A stretch of 64,000 nucleotides of DNA. Source: Coriobacteriaceae bacterium (lineage in GTDB: Bacteria; Actinomycetota; Coriobacteriia; Coriobacteriales; QAMH01). The stretch is taken from contig DAJPGJ010000001.1 in NCBI GenBank assembly GCA_025992705.1, positions 1,553,270 to 1,617,269 of the forward strand, given 5' to 3'. The stretch's first letter is position 1. The number at the start of each line of letters is the position of its first letter. Under the pieces are notes generated by a model, which ran no database searches, was not told the DNA's origin, and worked only from the letters and a program-made list of their open reading frames with translations. Position numbers and translations under genes: made by a program. Below are positions 1-9,000 of the stretch, in pieces.

Positions 1-1
1 G

Positions 2-694
2 TTCAGCCGTCATAAGGAGACATACATCCAGTCGGCATTCTTCTTCCTTTCGGCATGGATTTATCTCCTTGCGGTGCAGCATATGAATGCCGGTCTCGTG
101 ACGTGCATCTTCTATACGTTTCCCGCCGTGGTCGCCCTGCTCAACACGATAGTCTTCAAGGAAAAGATGACCTGGCGCGTGGTGATGGCATTGGCGCTTT
201 CCATCATCGGCATCATCCTCATATCCGGAATACTCGAGCCGCATGCCGTGTTCATGGAGCCCCTTGGGGTGCTTTTCTCGGTCCTCGCCTGCCTTTCGTT
301 CGCGGGCTATTCCGTGATAATCCACGTCACAAGCTCCGAGGAGAGCTCGTTTACCTCGACGTTCACGATGTCGACGGTCTGCCTGGTGGCATCGCTCGTT
401 CTGTTTGCCCCAGAGGTCCCCGGCGCCTTCATGGGATTTGACCTGTACCGCTTTGGCATCGCGTCCGGCTTTGCCATCATTGCCACGATCCTGCCGATTG
501 TCCTCTACATCGTCGCGATCAAGTACATCGGCTCCACCAAGGCGGCGATACTCAGCTTGATCGAAACCCCCGCATCGCTCTTCCTGGCATGGCTCATCCT
601 AGGCGAGACACTATCCGTCATCCAGCTCGTCGGCGCAGTCGTCATCGTCGCATCCGTCCTCGTCATTACCCTGAAGGGCAAAGATGCGGCATAG
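2..694 (+). CDS. EamA/DMT-family transporter, C-terminal part (5' end outside the window)
   Basis: The frame is open from the window edge. The sequence is multi-TM and hydrophobic with an EamA-like repeat (FPAVVALLNTIVFKEK; ILPIVLYIVAIKYIGSTKAAILSLIETP). Confidence 0.7.
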   Translation, partial: FSRHKETYIQSAFFFLSAWIYLLAVQHMNAGLVTCIFYTFPAVVALLNTIVFKEKMTWRVVMALALSIIGIILISGILEPHAVFMEPLGVLFSVLACLSFAGYSVIIHVTSSEESSFTSTFTMSTVCLVASLVLFAPEVPGAFMGFDLYRFGIASGFAIIATILPIVLYIVAIKYIGSTKAAILSLIETPASLFLAWLILGETLSVIQLVGAVVIVASVLVITLKGKDAA

Positions 695-701
695 GACGGG
701 G

Positions 702-1409
702 CTATGCCTCGGATGCGTTTGGGGTGGCCTCGCGCTTGCTCCCGGCTTCCTCGATCACACCCATGTCAAGGCGGAGCGTCTGCTCCACGATCTTCATGAG
801 CTCCTCGTCCGAGACGCTGGGCTTGATCTTGGCTAACCCCACCAGGCCGTAAATCGTGACGCAGAGCATTTCGTATACGAGGTCGATCTCGATCTGATGA
901 TGGGCCGCATACTCCGTGACGATGTGGTCGCTGAAGCAGTCCACCGTCTCCTGCGCTGCCCGCACGCCGAACGCATCGCGCACCCCCAGCTCCTCGAGCA
1001 CGTGAATCATCGGGCGCGGTTTGCCCTTTGCATCGTAGAGCACGTAACGGAAGGTGCGTATGCACTTCTTGAGCGACCCGGCGGTGTCGCCGAAGGTGCG
1101 CTCCTCGTTCCACGTGATGACGCTTTCCACAAGATCCTCGACATAGTCATCGAGCAGCGCCTCTATGACGCCATTCTTGTTTTGGAAGTGATAGTAGACG
1201 AGCTCGCGCGTGACGTTGGCTTCCTCGGCGATGGCGGTGACCGTCGTCGCATGGACTCCATTGCGCTCTATGAGTTTGCGTGCCGCGCTCACGATCGAGC
1301 CCTGCGTCCCAGAAAGACGTCGTGTTTCCATGAGATTCTTGCGTCGAGGTCTGACATGTGAAGCCGCTTTGGCGGGCGTGCGGTTGCCATATCGGGGGAT
1401 ATTAGTCAT
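702..1409 (-). CDS. TetR/AcrR-family transcriptional regulator
   Basis: The N-terminal HTH is typical of TetR (SIVSAARKLIERNGVHATTVTAIAEEANVTRELVYYHFQNKN). The start is uncertain: the ORF is open to 1484 and I chose M26. Confidence 0.75.
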   Translation of the reverse strand: MTNIPRYGNRTPAKAASHVRPRRKNLMETRRLSGTQGSIVSAARKLIERNGVHATTVTAIAEEANVTRELVYYHFQNKNGVIEALLDDYVEDLVESVITWNEERTFGDTAGSLKKCIRTFRYVLYDAKGKPRPMIHVLEELGVRDAFGVRAAQETVDCFSDHIVTEYAAHHQIEIDLVYEMLCVTIYGLVGLAKIKPSVSDEELMKIVEQTLRLDMGVIEEAGSKREATPNASEA

Positions 1410-1749
1410 GAGTACCCCTTTCGGAGTCACCATAAAACCATACTCACGTTTCATAATCCAAGGGATTTTGTTAAACACTGGCATGTGCGCGGCTGCTACG
1501 CTCGGTGCGATTTCCTTGATTCATCGCACATCAGCTGGCCGAATCGAAGGAGCAGGTCACGGTCATTCTAAAGGCATGCTTCAAAGCCATCGACCCCACG
1601 TCACCGAACCGTCAGGGAAACGATATCGACACGCAGCATCGCACGGGACTCCGCGCACGCCGGGAAGCGTCGGTTTGCGACCGTCGTGCATGGCAAACCG
1701 CTTATAATGGCGCTCCCGATGGTTCGAATGCCCAAGTCGAGGAGGACCC

Positions 1750-2424
1750 ATGCAATACGAAATCGAAGGCGGAGCGTTTCCCGTAGTGGTCTGCCACCTG
1801 GAGGCCGGTGAGCAGATGAAGACCGAGAAGGGATCGATGGTGTGGATGGATCCCTGCATGACCATGGAGACGACTGGCGGCGGTGTCGGTAAGATGTTCT
1901 CCAAGATGTTCTCGGGCGAGTCCATGTTCCAGAACATCTATACCGCGTCATCGGCCGGCCTCATCGCGTTCGGTTCGAGCTTTCCCGGCAAGATCCTTCC
2001 CATCCAAATCGAGCCTGGCAAGGGCTTCATCGCCCAGAAGATGTCGTTTCTCGCCTCGGAGATGGGCGTTGATTTGTCGATCTTCTTCAATAAGAAGATG
2101 AGTGGCGGCTTCTTTGGCGGCGAGGGCTTCATCATGCAGCGCATGAGCGGTCAGGGCATCGTCTTTCTGGAATGTGATGGCGAGCTGATGAAGTACGAGC
2201 TGGCCGCCGGGCAGAGCATGCTCATTGACACCGGCAACGTGCTCGGATTTACCGAGGGCATGACGATCGAGGTCGAGCGCATCCATGGAGCCAAGAACAT
2301 CATGCTGGGCGGCGAAGGCCTCTTCAACACGAAGGTGACTGGCCCGGGTACGCTGTGGTTGCAGACGATGCCGCTCGCGACGCTGGCAAACTCCATCGCC
2401 GCGCACCTGCCTGTCTCCAGCTAG
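1750..2424 (+). CDS. AIM24 / TIGR00266-family protein
   Basis: The N-terminus MQYEIEGGAFPVVVCHLEAGEQMKTEKGSMVWM and the GEGFIMQRMSGQGIVFLE pattern are typical of this family. Confidence 0.7.
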   Translation: MQYEIEGGAFPVVVCHLEAGEQMKTEKGSMVWMDPCMTMETTGGGVGKMFSKMFSGESMFQNIYTASSAGLIAFGSSFPGKILPIQIEPGKGFIAQKMSFLASEMGVDLSIFFNKKMSGGFFGGEGFIMQRMSGQGIVFLECDGELMKYELAAGQSMLIDTGNVLGFTEGMTIEVERIHGAKNIMLGGEGLFNTKVTGPGTLWLQTMPLATLANSIAAHLPVSS

Positions 2425-2532
2425 CGAAGGCGGCACAGGCGCGGAGCAATTCCCGCATGCGGCTTCGAATGCAAGCTATTCCTGAAGATGAAGCGGCGAG
2501 GAGCAATCCCCGCTGCTTCTCATGGATGCGTA

Positions 2533-2718
2533 TTACCTGCAGAGCTCCTCGAGGCGATACTGCTTGATGAGCTCATCTGCGAGCGCCTTCTTGTCCGCGG
2601 GAAGCTCTCCCGGCGCTGTCGCAGCTTCCTGCTGCGGACAGCCTTCGTGACGAGCATCTTCGGCCGTCTCCTTTAACGTGGAGTCCACGTGACCCTTTAT
2701 CTGCGTACCGGCTTTCAT
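2533..2718 (-). CDS. small hypothetical protein (61 aa)
   Basis: An ATG is preceded by GGAGCAGAC. This is the only plausible start inside the long high-GC ORF 2533..3291, and there is no family recognition. Confidence 0.3.
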   Translation of the reverse strand: MKAGTQIKGHVDSTLKETAEDARHEGCPQQEAATAPGELPADKKALADELIKQYRLEELCR

Positions 2719-2749
2719 GTCTGCTCCTTCAAGTAACCACATGTGTTGC

Positions 2750-3346
2750 TCAGCAGGGTAACACGTCCGTGCCAGACGAATGCTCGGCCTTGGCGAGGTC
2801 CGTGTACTTCCTGACGAAGGCGGCCTTCGCCTGCGTGTAGCCATCGCGGTCGTGCTCGAACTCCTTCCAAAGCGAGAGCTTGAGGCGCTCGTACTCTTGG
2901 GCGACATCGGGATGGGCGTTGAGATAATCGCGGAAGTAAATCTCATCATTGTCGCCGGCAATGCGCAAGTGGACGTGGAAAACCCGCTCGGCGAAGCCTT
3001 CCGGCGTGTAGCCCTTGTTGAGGTCGCGGTCGGCCATGGCCAGGTAGCCATGGGCTGCAAGCCGTGCCTTGGCGGATTCGATGGCCGCATCATCGGGTAG
3101 CTCGACGAGAATGTCGACGATGGGTTTTGCCCAGATGCCATCGATTGCCGTGCTACCGATGTGGTGGATTGCATGCGGCAGGCCCGGAGACAGGATGCCA
3201 TCGAGCGCGGAGGCCTCCTCTCGATACCAGCCAGCCCAGCAATCCCGATGCTCCACGAGCTCGATGGGAAAGAGCTGCCAGAGCTCCTCAAGGGACATGT
3301 CGGTCAAGGATTTGGACACAGGTAGCGCTCCTTTGGTCGTGGCCAT
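2750..3346 (-). CDS. GrpB-family protein
   Basis: HHIGSTAIDGIWAKPIVDILVELPD and VFHVHLRIAGDNDEIYFRDYLNAHPDVAQEYERLK are GrpB hallmarks. The start was chosen at MATTKG. Confidence 0.75.
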   Translation of the reverse strand: MATTKGALPVSKSLTDMSLEELWQLFPIELVEHRDCWAGWYREEASALDGILSPGLPHAIHHIGSTAIDGIWAKPIVDILVELPDDAAIESAKARLAAHGYLAMADRDLNKGYTPEGFAERVFHVHLRIAGDNDEIYFRDYLNAHPDVAQEYERLKLSLWKEFEHDRDGYTQAKAAFVRKYTDLAKAEHSSGTDVLPC

Positions 3347-3430
3347 GGAGTCATTGTAAATACTCTTAGCCGGATTAGGACAGGCGCGAAAGGATAAGAG
3401 GAACCGCCGCACGGTAAACCCAAGCTCCAT

Positions 3431-4285
3431 CTACAAACGCTTGCGCAGATAGACCATGTCGACAAGCCGAACACCGCCCTCGAATATGGGATGGTCGTAG
3501 TTTTCCGTGAAGAATCCTTCGACCACATGAGAGCGCTCGAAGCCGCATCGCTCGTAAAACGGCACGGTGAGCGGACTGTCGCCTGTCCCCACTTGCAGGA
3601 TGTCATACTCGCCTGCATGGCGCATGGCCACGAAGTCGATGAGTATGCGCCCATAACCCTGGTGCTGGTGAGAGGGATTGACAGCGATGTTCTTGATCTC
3701 CAGCACGCCGTTGCCCACATCGTTCACAACGCACTCGCCCACCACGACGCCGTCGACCTCCAGGACGTACATCGTGCCTTCGTCGAGATAGCGATCGACC
3801 ATGCTTTCCTGCTCATCGGCAAGCAGGAGCAGGGGCAGGTGGCGCCGTCTGTCGCCATGTTCCTCGCGAATGAGCATGGGTGGTTCTTTACCTTTCCTCA
3901 GCTCATCGCAGCTCTCGCAATCGTGAAGCGGCCACTGCGCCAGTTCCGCCTCCCAGCCGACGCCGCAATCATCCCACTGGCATTTCCCCATCATCACACG
4001 GCCGTCATCGTCGAAGTCCACACCCTCGGACTCGAGCATGGCATGTTGTTCCTCCGGTCCGCCAAACGCGAAGCTGCGCGCCATGGAGCCGTCCTTGAAC
4101 ACGACGCGATGGCAGGGAATATCCCCCGGTCCCATACCAGGGGATGGATTGTTGCGCAGGGCATAGCCAACGTAGCGCGCCGAACGCGAAGCGCCGATGA
4201 TACGCGCAATCTGCCCGTACGTCGCGACACTCCCGCGCGGAATGTGCTGAACGACCGCAAACACCCGGTCCGAAAAAGCGCCCAC
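3431..4285 (-). CDS. fusion protein: MGMT-type DNA-binding domain (PCHRV retained) plus GNAT acetyltransferase
   Basis: The N-terminus VATYGQIARIIGASRSARYVGYALRNNP...IPCHRVVFKDG is MGMT-like. The C-terminus has a GNAT core (IAVNPSHQHQGYGRILIDF...FYERCGF). Confidence 0.7.
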   Translation of the reverse strand: MGAFSDRVFAVVQHIPRGSVATYGQIARIIGASRSARYVGYALRNNPSPGMGPGDIPCHRVVFKDGSMARSFAFGGPEEQHAMLESEGVDFDDDGRVMMGKCQWDDCGVGWEAELAQWPLHDCESCDELRKGKEPPMLIREEHGDRRRHLPLLLLADEQESMVDRYLDEGTMYVLEVDGVVVGECVVNDVGNGVLEIKNIAVNPSHQHQGYGRILIDFVAMRHAGEYDILQVGTGDSPLTVPFYERCGFERSHVVEGFFTENYDHPIFEGGVRLVDMVYLRKRL

Positions 4286-4289
4286 GAAA

Positions 4290-5432
4290 TTAGCCCTCCC
4301 CTAACTTGGCGAAGCGATACGAATAATTTCCGAACCCACTGTCTGTCCCAAGGTCGGTGCGCTGCTCGGTTAGCCTGGCATCGCTCAACGCATCCAACCA
4401 GTATGGATTCTTTAACTCGTGTATCACCGCATCTTGCATATCACTGGCCTCAAGCAGCGTAACAAACATGTTGAAATTATCTTGTCCTAAAGACGCGTAC
4501 TTGCCTTTGGCGTCGATGCGATTCGCCCTCCTAACCAACTCGAAGAGCTCCTTGTTTGCATCGATAAACTTCTCGAACGCCTCTTTCAGAGTGCTCTCTA
4601 GGACAAGGAGCTGGCTCATGCAGTCTTCGAACGCAGGCCCTTCCTTTCCCAGTCCTCCGGTCGCGGAGCCAAGATCCTCGAAGCACCACGAGATAATCCG
4701 TGAATCGGCAACCGCTGAAACCGCGTCCTCGGAATACACCTCGAGCTCGTCAATCAGCCGCTTGTATACCTGGGCAAGCGATGGCGCGCATCGCTTGATG
4801 AGCCCATGCAATTCTCTGCGTTCCGCATTCCACAACGCGCGCCTAGCAAGACTCAGCATCGGCCGACTATCCCCGGAAAGCACCTCATCGATATCAGCCA
4901 GCAAGTCGAAGGTCACATTGGCCTTGCCCGCCTCAATCCGACTCAATGCCGGCTGGTCGATGCCGATGGCATCCGCAAGTTCGCGCTGGGACATGCCCAG
5001 ACCCATGCGCCGTGCTTTGATCTCCTGGCCGAGCTTCTGCCGGCGCTGCATCGTTCGATCAACGCGGCCTGACTCGTAGCTTGCCTCGTCTATTTCCTCG
5101 ACGACGAAACTATCCTGAGAGCTCTCCCCACGTCCTGCCCGCAGCAGCGTAAGCTCGCTGTATTCGCTGAGCCCATGGGCATCCAGAATCTCGCCCAGGT
5201 TTTGCCTTCCCGGAGGTGGCACGCGCTCACGTACCCAACGAAGGGCTAGGTCCGCACCGATATAGCGCTCCTCCTTCTCGACAAACGGAACGAAGAACGC
5301 CGGCACCTCGTCCGCGGAAACGTCTGAATCGATATCAATCTCGAAGCCCGTTTCATCGGCGTAACGCATGAACGCGCACGGCGTGGCCTTTCTGCGCGCG
5401 CCGTCCCGTATGGCAAAGTATTCGACCGTCAT
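4290..5432 (-). CDS. three-part protein: N-terminal domain resembling the N-subdomain of HipA-like kinases, central XRE-type HTH, C-terminal helical domain of unknown function
   Basis: The HTH is LGMSQRELADAIGIDQPALSRIEAGKANVTFDLL. The N-terminus is LRWVRERVPPPGRQNLGEILDAHGLSEYSELTLLRAGRGESSQDSF. Its ATG overlaps the stop of the upstream kinase gene (ATGA at 5429-5432). Confidence 0.6.
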   Translation of the reverse strand: MTVEYFAIRDGARRKATPCAFMRYADETGFEIDIDSDVSADEVPAFFVPFVEKEERYIGADLALRWVRERVPPPGRQNLGEILDAHGLSEYSELTLLRAGRGESSQDSFVVEEIDEASYESGRVDRTMQRRQKLGQEIKARRMGLGMSQRELADAIGIDQPALSRIEAGKANVTFDLLADIDEVLSGDSRPMLSLARRALWNAERRELHGLIKRCAPSLAQVYKRLIDELEVYSEDAVSAVADSRIISWCFEDLGSATGGLGKEGPAFEDCMSQLLVLESTLKEAFEKFIDANKELFELVRRANRIDAKGKYASLGQDNFNMFVTLLEASDMQDAVIHELKNPYWLDALSDARLTEQRTDLGTDSGFGNYSYRFAKLGEG

Positions 5433-6262
5433 TGGTCACCACACTCCTTTGCTATGCCAAGGTCTACAAGATGCTGCCAGCGTATGCTGACAATCTCCCA
5501 TATCTTTTCCCGAAGGCAATCAGGCATTGCATCTTCGAGTCCCCGGAAAAGGGATGCACCCCCATCAGAGAGCACGCTGCCTTGTAGCGCGCCTGACGGG
5601 ACAAGTTCGAGATTGCGCTCGAGCGAACGCGATCCGATGTAGTTGTTTGCGTTTCTGTCAGCCATCGGATCGAACGTACGTATCCGCTCTTCGTCGTCGT
5701 AACACGAAAACGCGAAGGAGACGCCATGGTCGAAAAGTGGCGCAAGCTCGACCGTCCCGTCACGCAAGATAACCTCGATGTTCGCGCCATGGCGATCGCG
5801 ATTGATGATGAGATAATCGAACGCCATCATCGCGTTAATCGCATCCGTCCATCCCCGTTTCGTGCAAAATTCGAGTGGCGACTCATCACCCCGGGCATTC
5901 AGGTCGATATAGGTGTCAAGGGCCTGGCGTCGCTCGTGGGGACGACGATAGTCCCTCGACTCGCTGAGCCACGTCTCGTGCGTCTGCCCCTTCACCATGA
6001 CAAGTGCATGTACGAGCTTATAGGGGATATGGGAAATGCCGAGATTGTCGAGCAACCGACTCGCGATGAGCTCGTTCACGGATTCGTGTCCGTAAATACC
6101 CTGATGTCGGTCATAGCAGGAAAGCTTATAGTAGATGTTTCCCCTACTCGATTTGGTACGCGACTTGAGGAACGTGCCACCCGTGCCACTTGTGACGGCT
6201 TTCTCGTCCCACGCGAGATGCGTGTAGTCTTGTAACTTCTTTATGACATCGCGAGTACCCAC
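5429..6262 (-). CDS. HipA-like C-terminal (kinase core) domain protein, 277 aa
   Basis: The catalytic-loop-like FDYLIINRDRHGANIEV and APLFDHGVSF are present, with glycine-rich TSGTGGTFLK near the N-terminus. A GTG start is preceded by GAGGAG. Confidence 0.65.
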   Translation of the reverse strand: MGTRDVIKKLQDYTHLAWDEKAVTSGTGGTFLKSRTKSSRGNIYYKLSCYDRHQGIYGHESVNELIASRLLDNLGISHIPYKLVHALVMVKGQTHETWLSESRDYRRPHERRQALDTYIDLNARGDESPLEFCTKRGWTDAINAMMAFDYLIINRDRHGANIEVILRDGTVELAPLFDHGVSFAFSCYDDEERIRTFDPMADRNANNYIGSRSLERNLELVPSGALQGSVLSDGGASLFRGLEDAMPDCLREKIWEIVSIRWQHLVDLGIAKECGDQ

Positions 6263-6287
6263 TGGCAGCTCCTCAGTCTAATGTTGT

Positions 6288-6309
6288 TGTATGTATTATA
6301 ATACATACA
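6288..6309. promoter_or_regulatory. 22-bp perfect palindrome with a central TATAAT; candidate operator and -10 box of the kinase/HTH operon
   Basis: TGTATGTATTATAATACATACA is self-complementary. Its centre lies about 36 nt upstream of the GTG at 6262. Confidence 0.45.
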
Positions 6310-6396
6310 TATTATAGAGCGCTTCTCATTATCCGTCGGCTTCCCCACTAGCTCATCGCGCTACAATGCTCTGAAAACCTACGAAGGAGGACACGG

Positions 6397-8187
6397 ATGG
6401 AAGCGCTGCAACTCGTGCTGTTCCTGCTGGCGGCCGTGGTGGTCTCCAGCATCATCGGGCGCTTCCTGCCCGCGTTGTCGCTTCCCCTCGTGCAGATTGC
6501 GCTCGGTGCCGTCATCGCCGTCTTCGTCACGGGCTCCTTCGACACCGGGCTGGATGCCGAGCTGCTGCTCATCCTGTTCATCGCCCCGCTGCACTTCAAC
6601 GAGTCGCGCCATGCCGATTCCGGCGCCCTCTGGAAGAGCCGCTGGGGCATCTTCTCGCTTGCCGTGGGACTCGTGCTCGTCACCGTCGTCGCCGTGGGCT
6701 TCGCGCTGCACGCGCTGCTTCCCGCCATCCCATTGGCCGCCGCCATCGCCTTTGGCGCCGCCATGGGATCGACCGACGCGGTGGCCGTCACGGAGCTCTC
6801 CAAGGACTTCCGCTTCGGCAAGCGCCACGAGACGCTTTTGATGGGCGAGGCGTTCTTCAACGACGTGACCGGCACGGTGGTGTTCAAGACCGCCATCGGA
6901 TTTGCCCTCACGGGGGCGCTTTCCCTGGCGCACGCCGGCGAGGAGTTCGCCCTGGAGCTCTTCGGCGGACTTTTCGGAGGCGTCATCCTGGGCTTCGCGG
7001 CATGGCTGTTGCTGGAGTTCATCCGCCGTCGCGGCATAGACAGCCCCAACCTGCACGTGACCCTCGAGCTGCTCTTGCCCTTCGTGATCTACCTCATCTG
7101 CCACCAGATCCACATCGGCGCCGTCATCGCCGTGGTCATGGCGGGCATGGTCATGTCGCTTCTCCCCCATCGTCACACGCCCCAGACCGCGCGCCAGCGC
7201 ATGCAGGCCAAGGGCGTCTGGGATACGCTCGGCTTCATCCTCAACGGCATCATCTTCGTCTTGCTGGGCATGCAGCTGCCCCGCTTCATCGCGCCGGCTG
7301 CCGACGGCGGCTTCGGCGATCCGTGGCTCATGTTCGGCGTCGTCATCGTCCTCACGCTGGTTCTGGAAATCGTACGCTTCTGCTGGATCGCGGGGATGGA
7401 CGTCGTGCACTGCCTCGCCCGCAGGCAGCCCGTGCGCACCTTGCTCAACGGCGAGCACTTTCGCAGTGCACTGGCCACGGCCTTCGCGGGCCCCAAGGGC
7501 GGCATCACGCTCTCGCTCATCCTGACAGTGCCCGCCACGCTACCGGCATCCGGGGCGCTCCCGGTCCACACAATGCTCGCGTCCATCGCTTCCGGCGTCA
7601 TCCTGTGCACGCTCTTGCTGGCGAACTTCGCCGTGCCGACGCTGGTGCCGCACAAGGCCGATTCGCGCCGCACGAAAAGGCAGGTGGATGCCGAGGCGCG
7701 GCTGCTCATGCGGGTCATCGAATCCATAAGGGTCGATGCCCACCAGACGGGATCGGTCACCGGGGAGGCATCGGCGCAGATGGCAGCCGTAAACGGCGAT
7801 GTTGACGAACCGGCCACGGTCATCGTGATGAAGCGCTACGCCGACCAGCTCGCAGACATCGCCAAGCGCGCCTCCGCCGACGTGGCCGCGCAGGCCCGAC
7901 AGGTGATAGCGCAATGCGACGAGCAATACGAGCGCATCGAGGAGCTCGACTCCGAGCTCAGGGAATCCGGTTTCTACGACGGTGACGAGGAGGCCGAAGA
8001 CCCATCAATCCTCACCGCGCATTTTCGCGCCCTGCGTGACGTCTACGATGCGGTGGAGGACGTCCAGGCCCAAGCACTGACCCGCGAGCTCGAGTACGTG
8101 AAGGAGATGGCCCACGACGGGCAGATCGACCCCAAGCACGCCAAGGAGCTGCGCAACGACGTGTACATCCAGCAGCTCACGCTCTGA
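6397..8187 (+). CDS. Na+/H+ antiporter (CPA1, NhaP-type) with cytoplasmic C-terminal tail
   Basis: About 400 aa of multi-TM exchanger sequence (AIAFGAAMGSTDAVAV; FNDVTGTVVF) is followed by a soluble tail. Confidence 0.8.
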   Translation: MEALQLVLFLLAAVVVSSIIGRFLPALSLPLVQIALGAVIAVFVTGSFDTGLDAELLLILFIAPLHFNESRHADSGALWKSRWGIFSLAVGLVLVTVVAVGFALHALLPAIPLAAAIAFGAAMGSTDAVAVTELSKDFRFGKRHETLLMGEAFFNDVTGTVVFKTAIGFALTGALSLAHAGEEFALELFGGLFGGVILGFAAWLLLEFIRRRGIDSPNLHVTLELLLPFVIYLICHQIHIGAVIAVVMAGMVMSLLPHRHTPQTARQRMQAKGVWDTLGFILNGIIFVLLGMQLPRFIAPAADGGFGDPWLMFGVVIVLTLVLEIVRFCWIAGMDVVHCLARRQPVRTLLNGEHFRSALATAFAGPKGGITLSLILTVPATLPASGALPVHTMLASIASGVILCTLLLANFAVPTLVPHKADSRRTKRQVDAEARLLMRVIESIRVDAHQTGSVTGEASAQMAAVNGDVDEPATVIVMKRYADQLADIAKRASADVAAQARQVIAQCDEQYERIEELDSELRESGFYDGDEEAEDPSILTAHFRALRDVYDAVEDVQAQALTRELEYVKEMAHDGQIDPKHAKELRNDVYIQQLTL

Positions 8188-8471
8188 GGTGGATGGATGG
8201 CACATCGCTAGCGAGCATCCAAGGCATCGAGAGCTGGTGTATGCACCATCCCACTGTGCCAAGGATTGCAAGTTCGTGACCGCTGGATGCCATGTTTTCC
8301 CTGGTCGTGACCGCAAAATACGGTCATCAAACCGCATTCTTCGTCATCTAGCGGTCACCACTTAGTATTTCTTGGCACAAGGTGCGTCGTAGCGATCAGA
8401 GTCAATGGCAAGAGGCGCCATCTCGCCGGTGTACTATCATGATCGCGTTATTACGACATGACGAGGAGCAG

Positions 8472-8954
8472 ATGATGGAGATCAGGAGCTACCGGCAGGA
8501 TGACCTCACCGAGATGGTGGACATCTGGAACGAGGTCGTGAGAGACGGCATCGCGTTTCCCCAGGAAGAGGAGCTGGACCTCACGAGCGGCGGCACGTTC
8601 TTCGCGTCGCAGACGTACTGTGGCATCGCCGAGGAGGACGGGCACGTCATCGGGCTCTACATCCTGCATCCCAACAACGTCGGGCGCTGCGGGCACATCG
8701 CCAACGCCAGCTACGCAGTCGGTTCGGCCGTGCGCGGCAAGGGCGTGGGCCGCATGCTCGTCGAGGACTCGCTTGTCCAGGGTAAGGCGCACGGCTTTCG
8801 CGTGCTGCAGTTCAACGCCGTCGTCGCGACCAACGCCGGCGCGCGCCACCTCTACGAGAAGCTCGGCTTCGTGCAGCTCGGCACCATTCCCGGTGGCTTT
8901 CGCATGCCCGATGGCACGTATGTCGACATCTGCCCGTACTATCATGAGCTGTAG
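8472..8954 (+). CDS. GNAT-family N-acetyltransferase
   Basis: MEIRSYRQDDLTEMVDIWNEVV and RGKGVGRMLVEDSL...LYEKLGF are present. The start was chosen at the MM pair. Confidence 0.75.
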   Translation: MMEIRSYRQDDLTEMVDIWNEVVRDGIAFPQEEELDLTSGGTFFASQTYCGIAEEDGHVIGLYILHPNNVGRCGHIANASYAVGSAVRGKGVGRMLVEDSLVQGKAHGFRVLQFNAVVATNAGARHLYEKLGFVQLGTIPGGFRMPDGTYVDICPYYHEL

Positions 8955-9000
8955 AGCTGACGAGGCGACGATAGCCAGAGGAGGATCAGGAGCGTAGGCT

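Noticed and set aside
2441-2519. Two similar 24-26-nt segments (GAGCAAT(T/C)CCCGC…CTTC) between convergent genes, considered as a repeat element.
   Set aside because: The match is short and imperfect, I could not verify a convincing secondary structure, and there are no further copies in the window.
6379-7458. Long ORFs antisense to or out of frame with the antiporter gene. The same applies to similar ORFs over gadC (28899..29960), gadB (30103..31473), the activase fusion (32945..34375 and others) and the hydrogenase (42693..43646).
   Set aside because: These are high-GC shadow ORFs with Arg/Ala/Gly/Pro-rich low-complexity translations. In each case the opposite or alternative frame carries clear family motifs.
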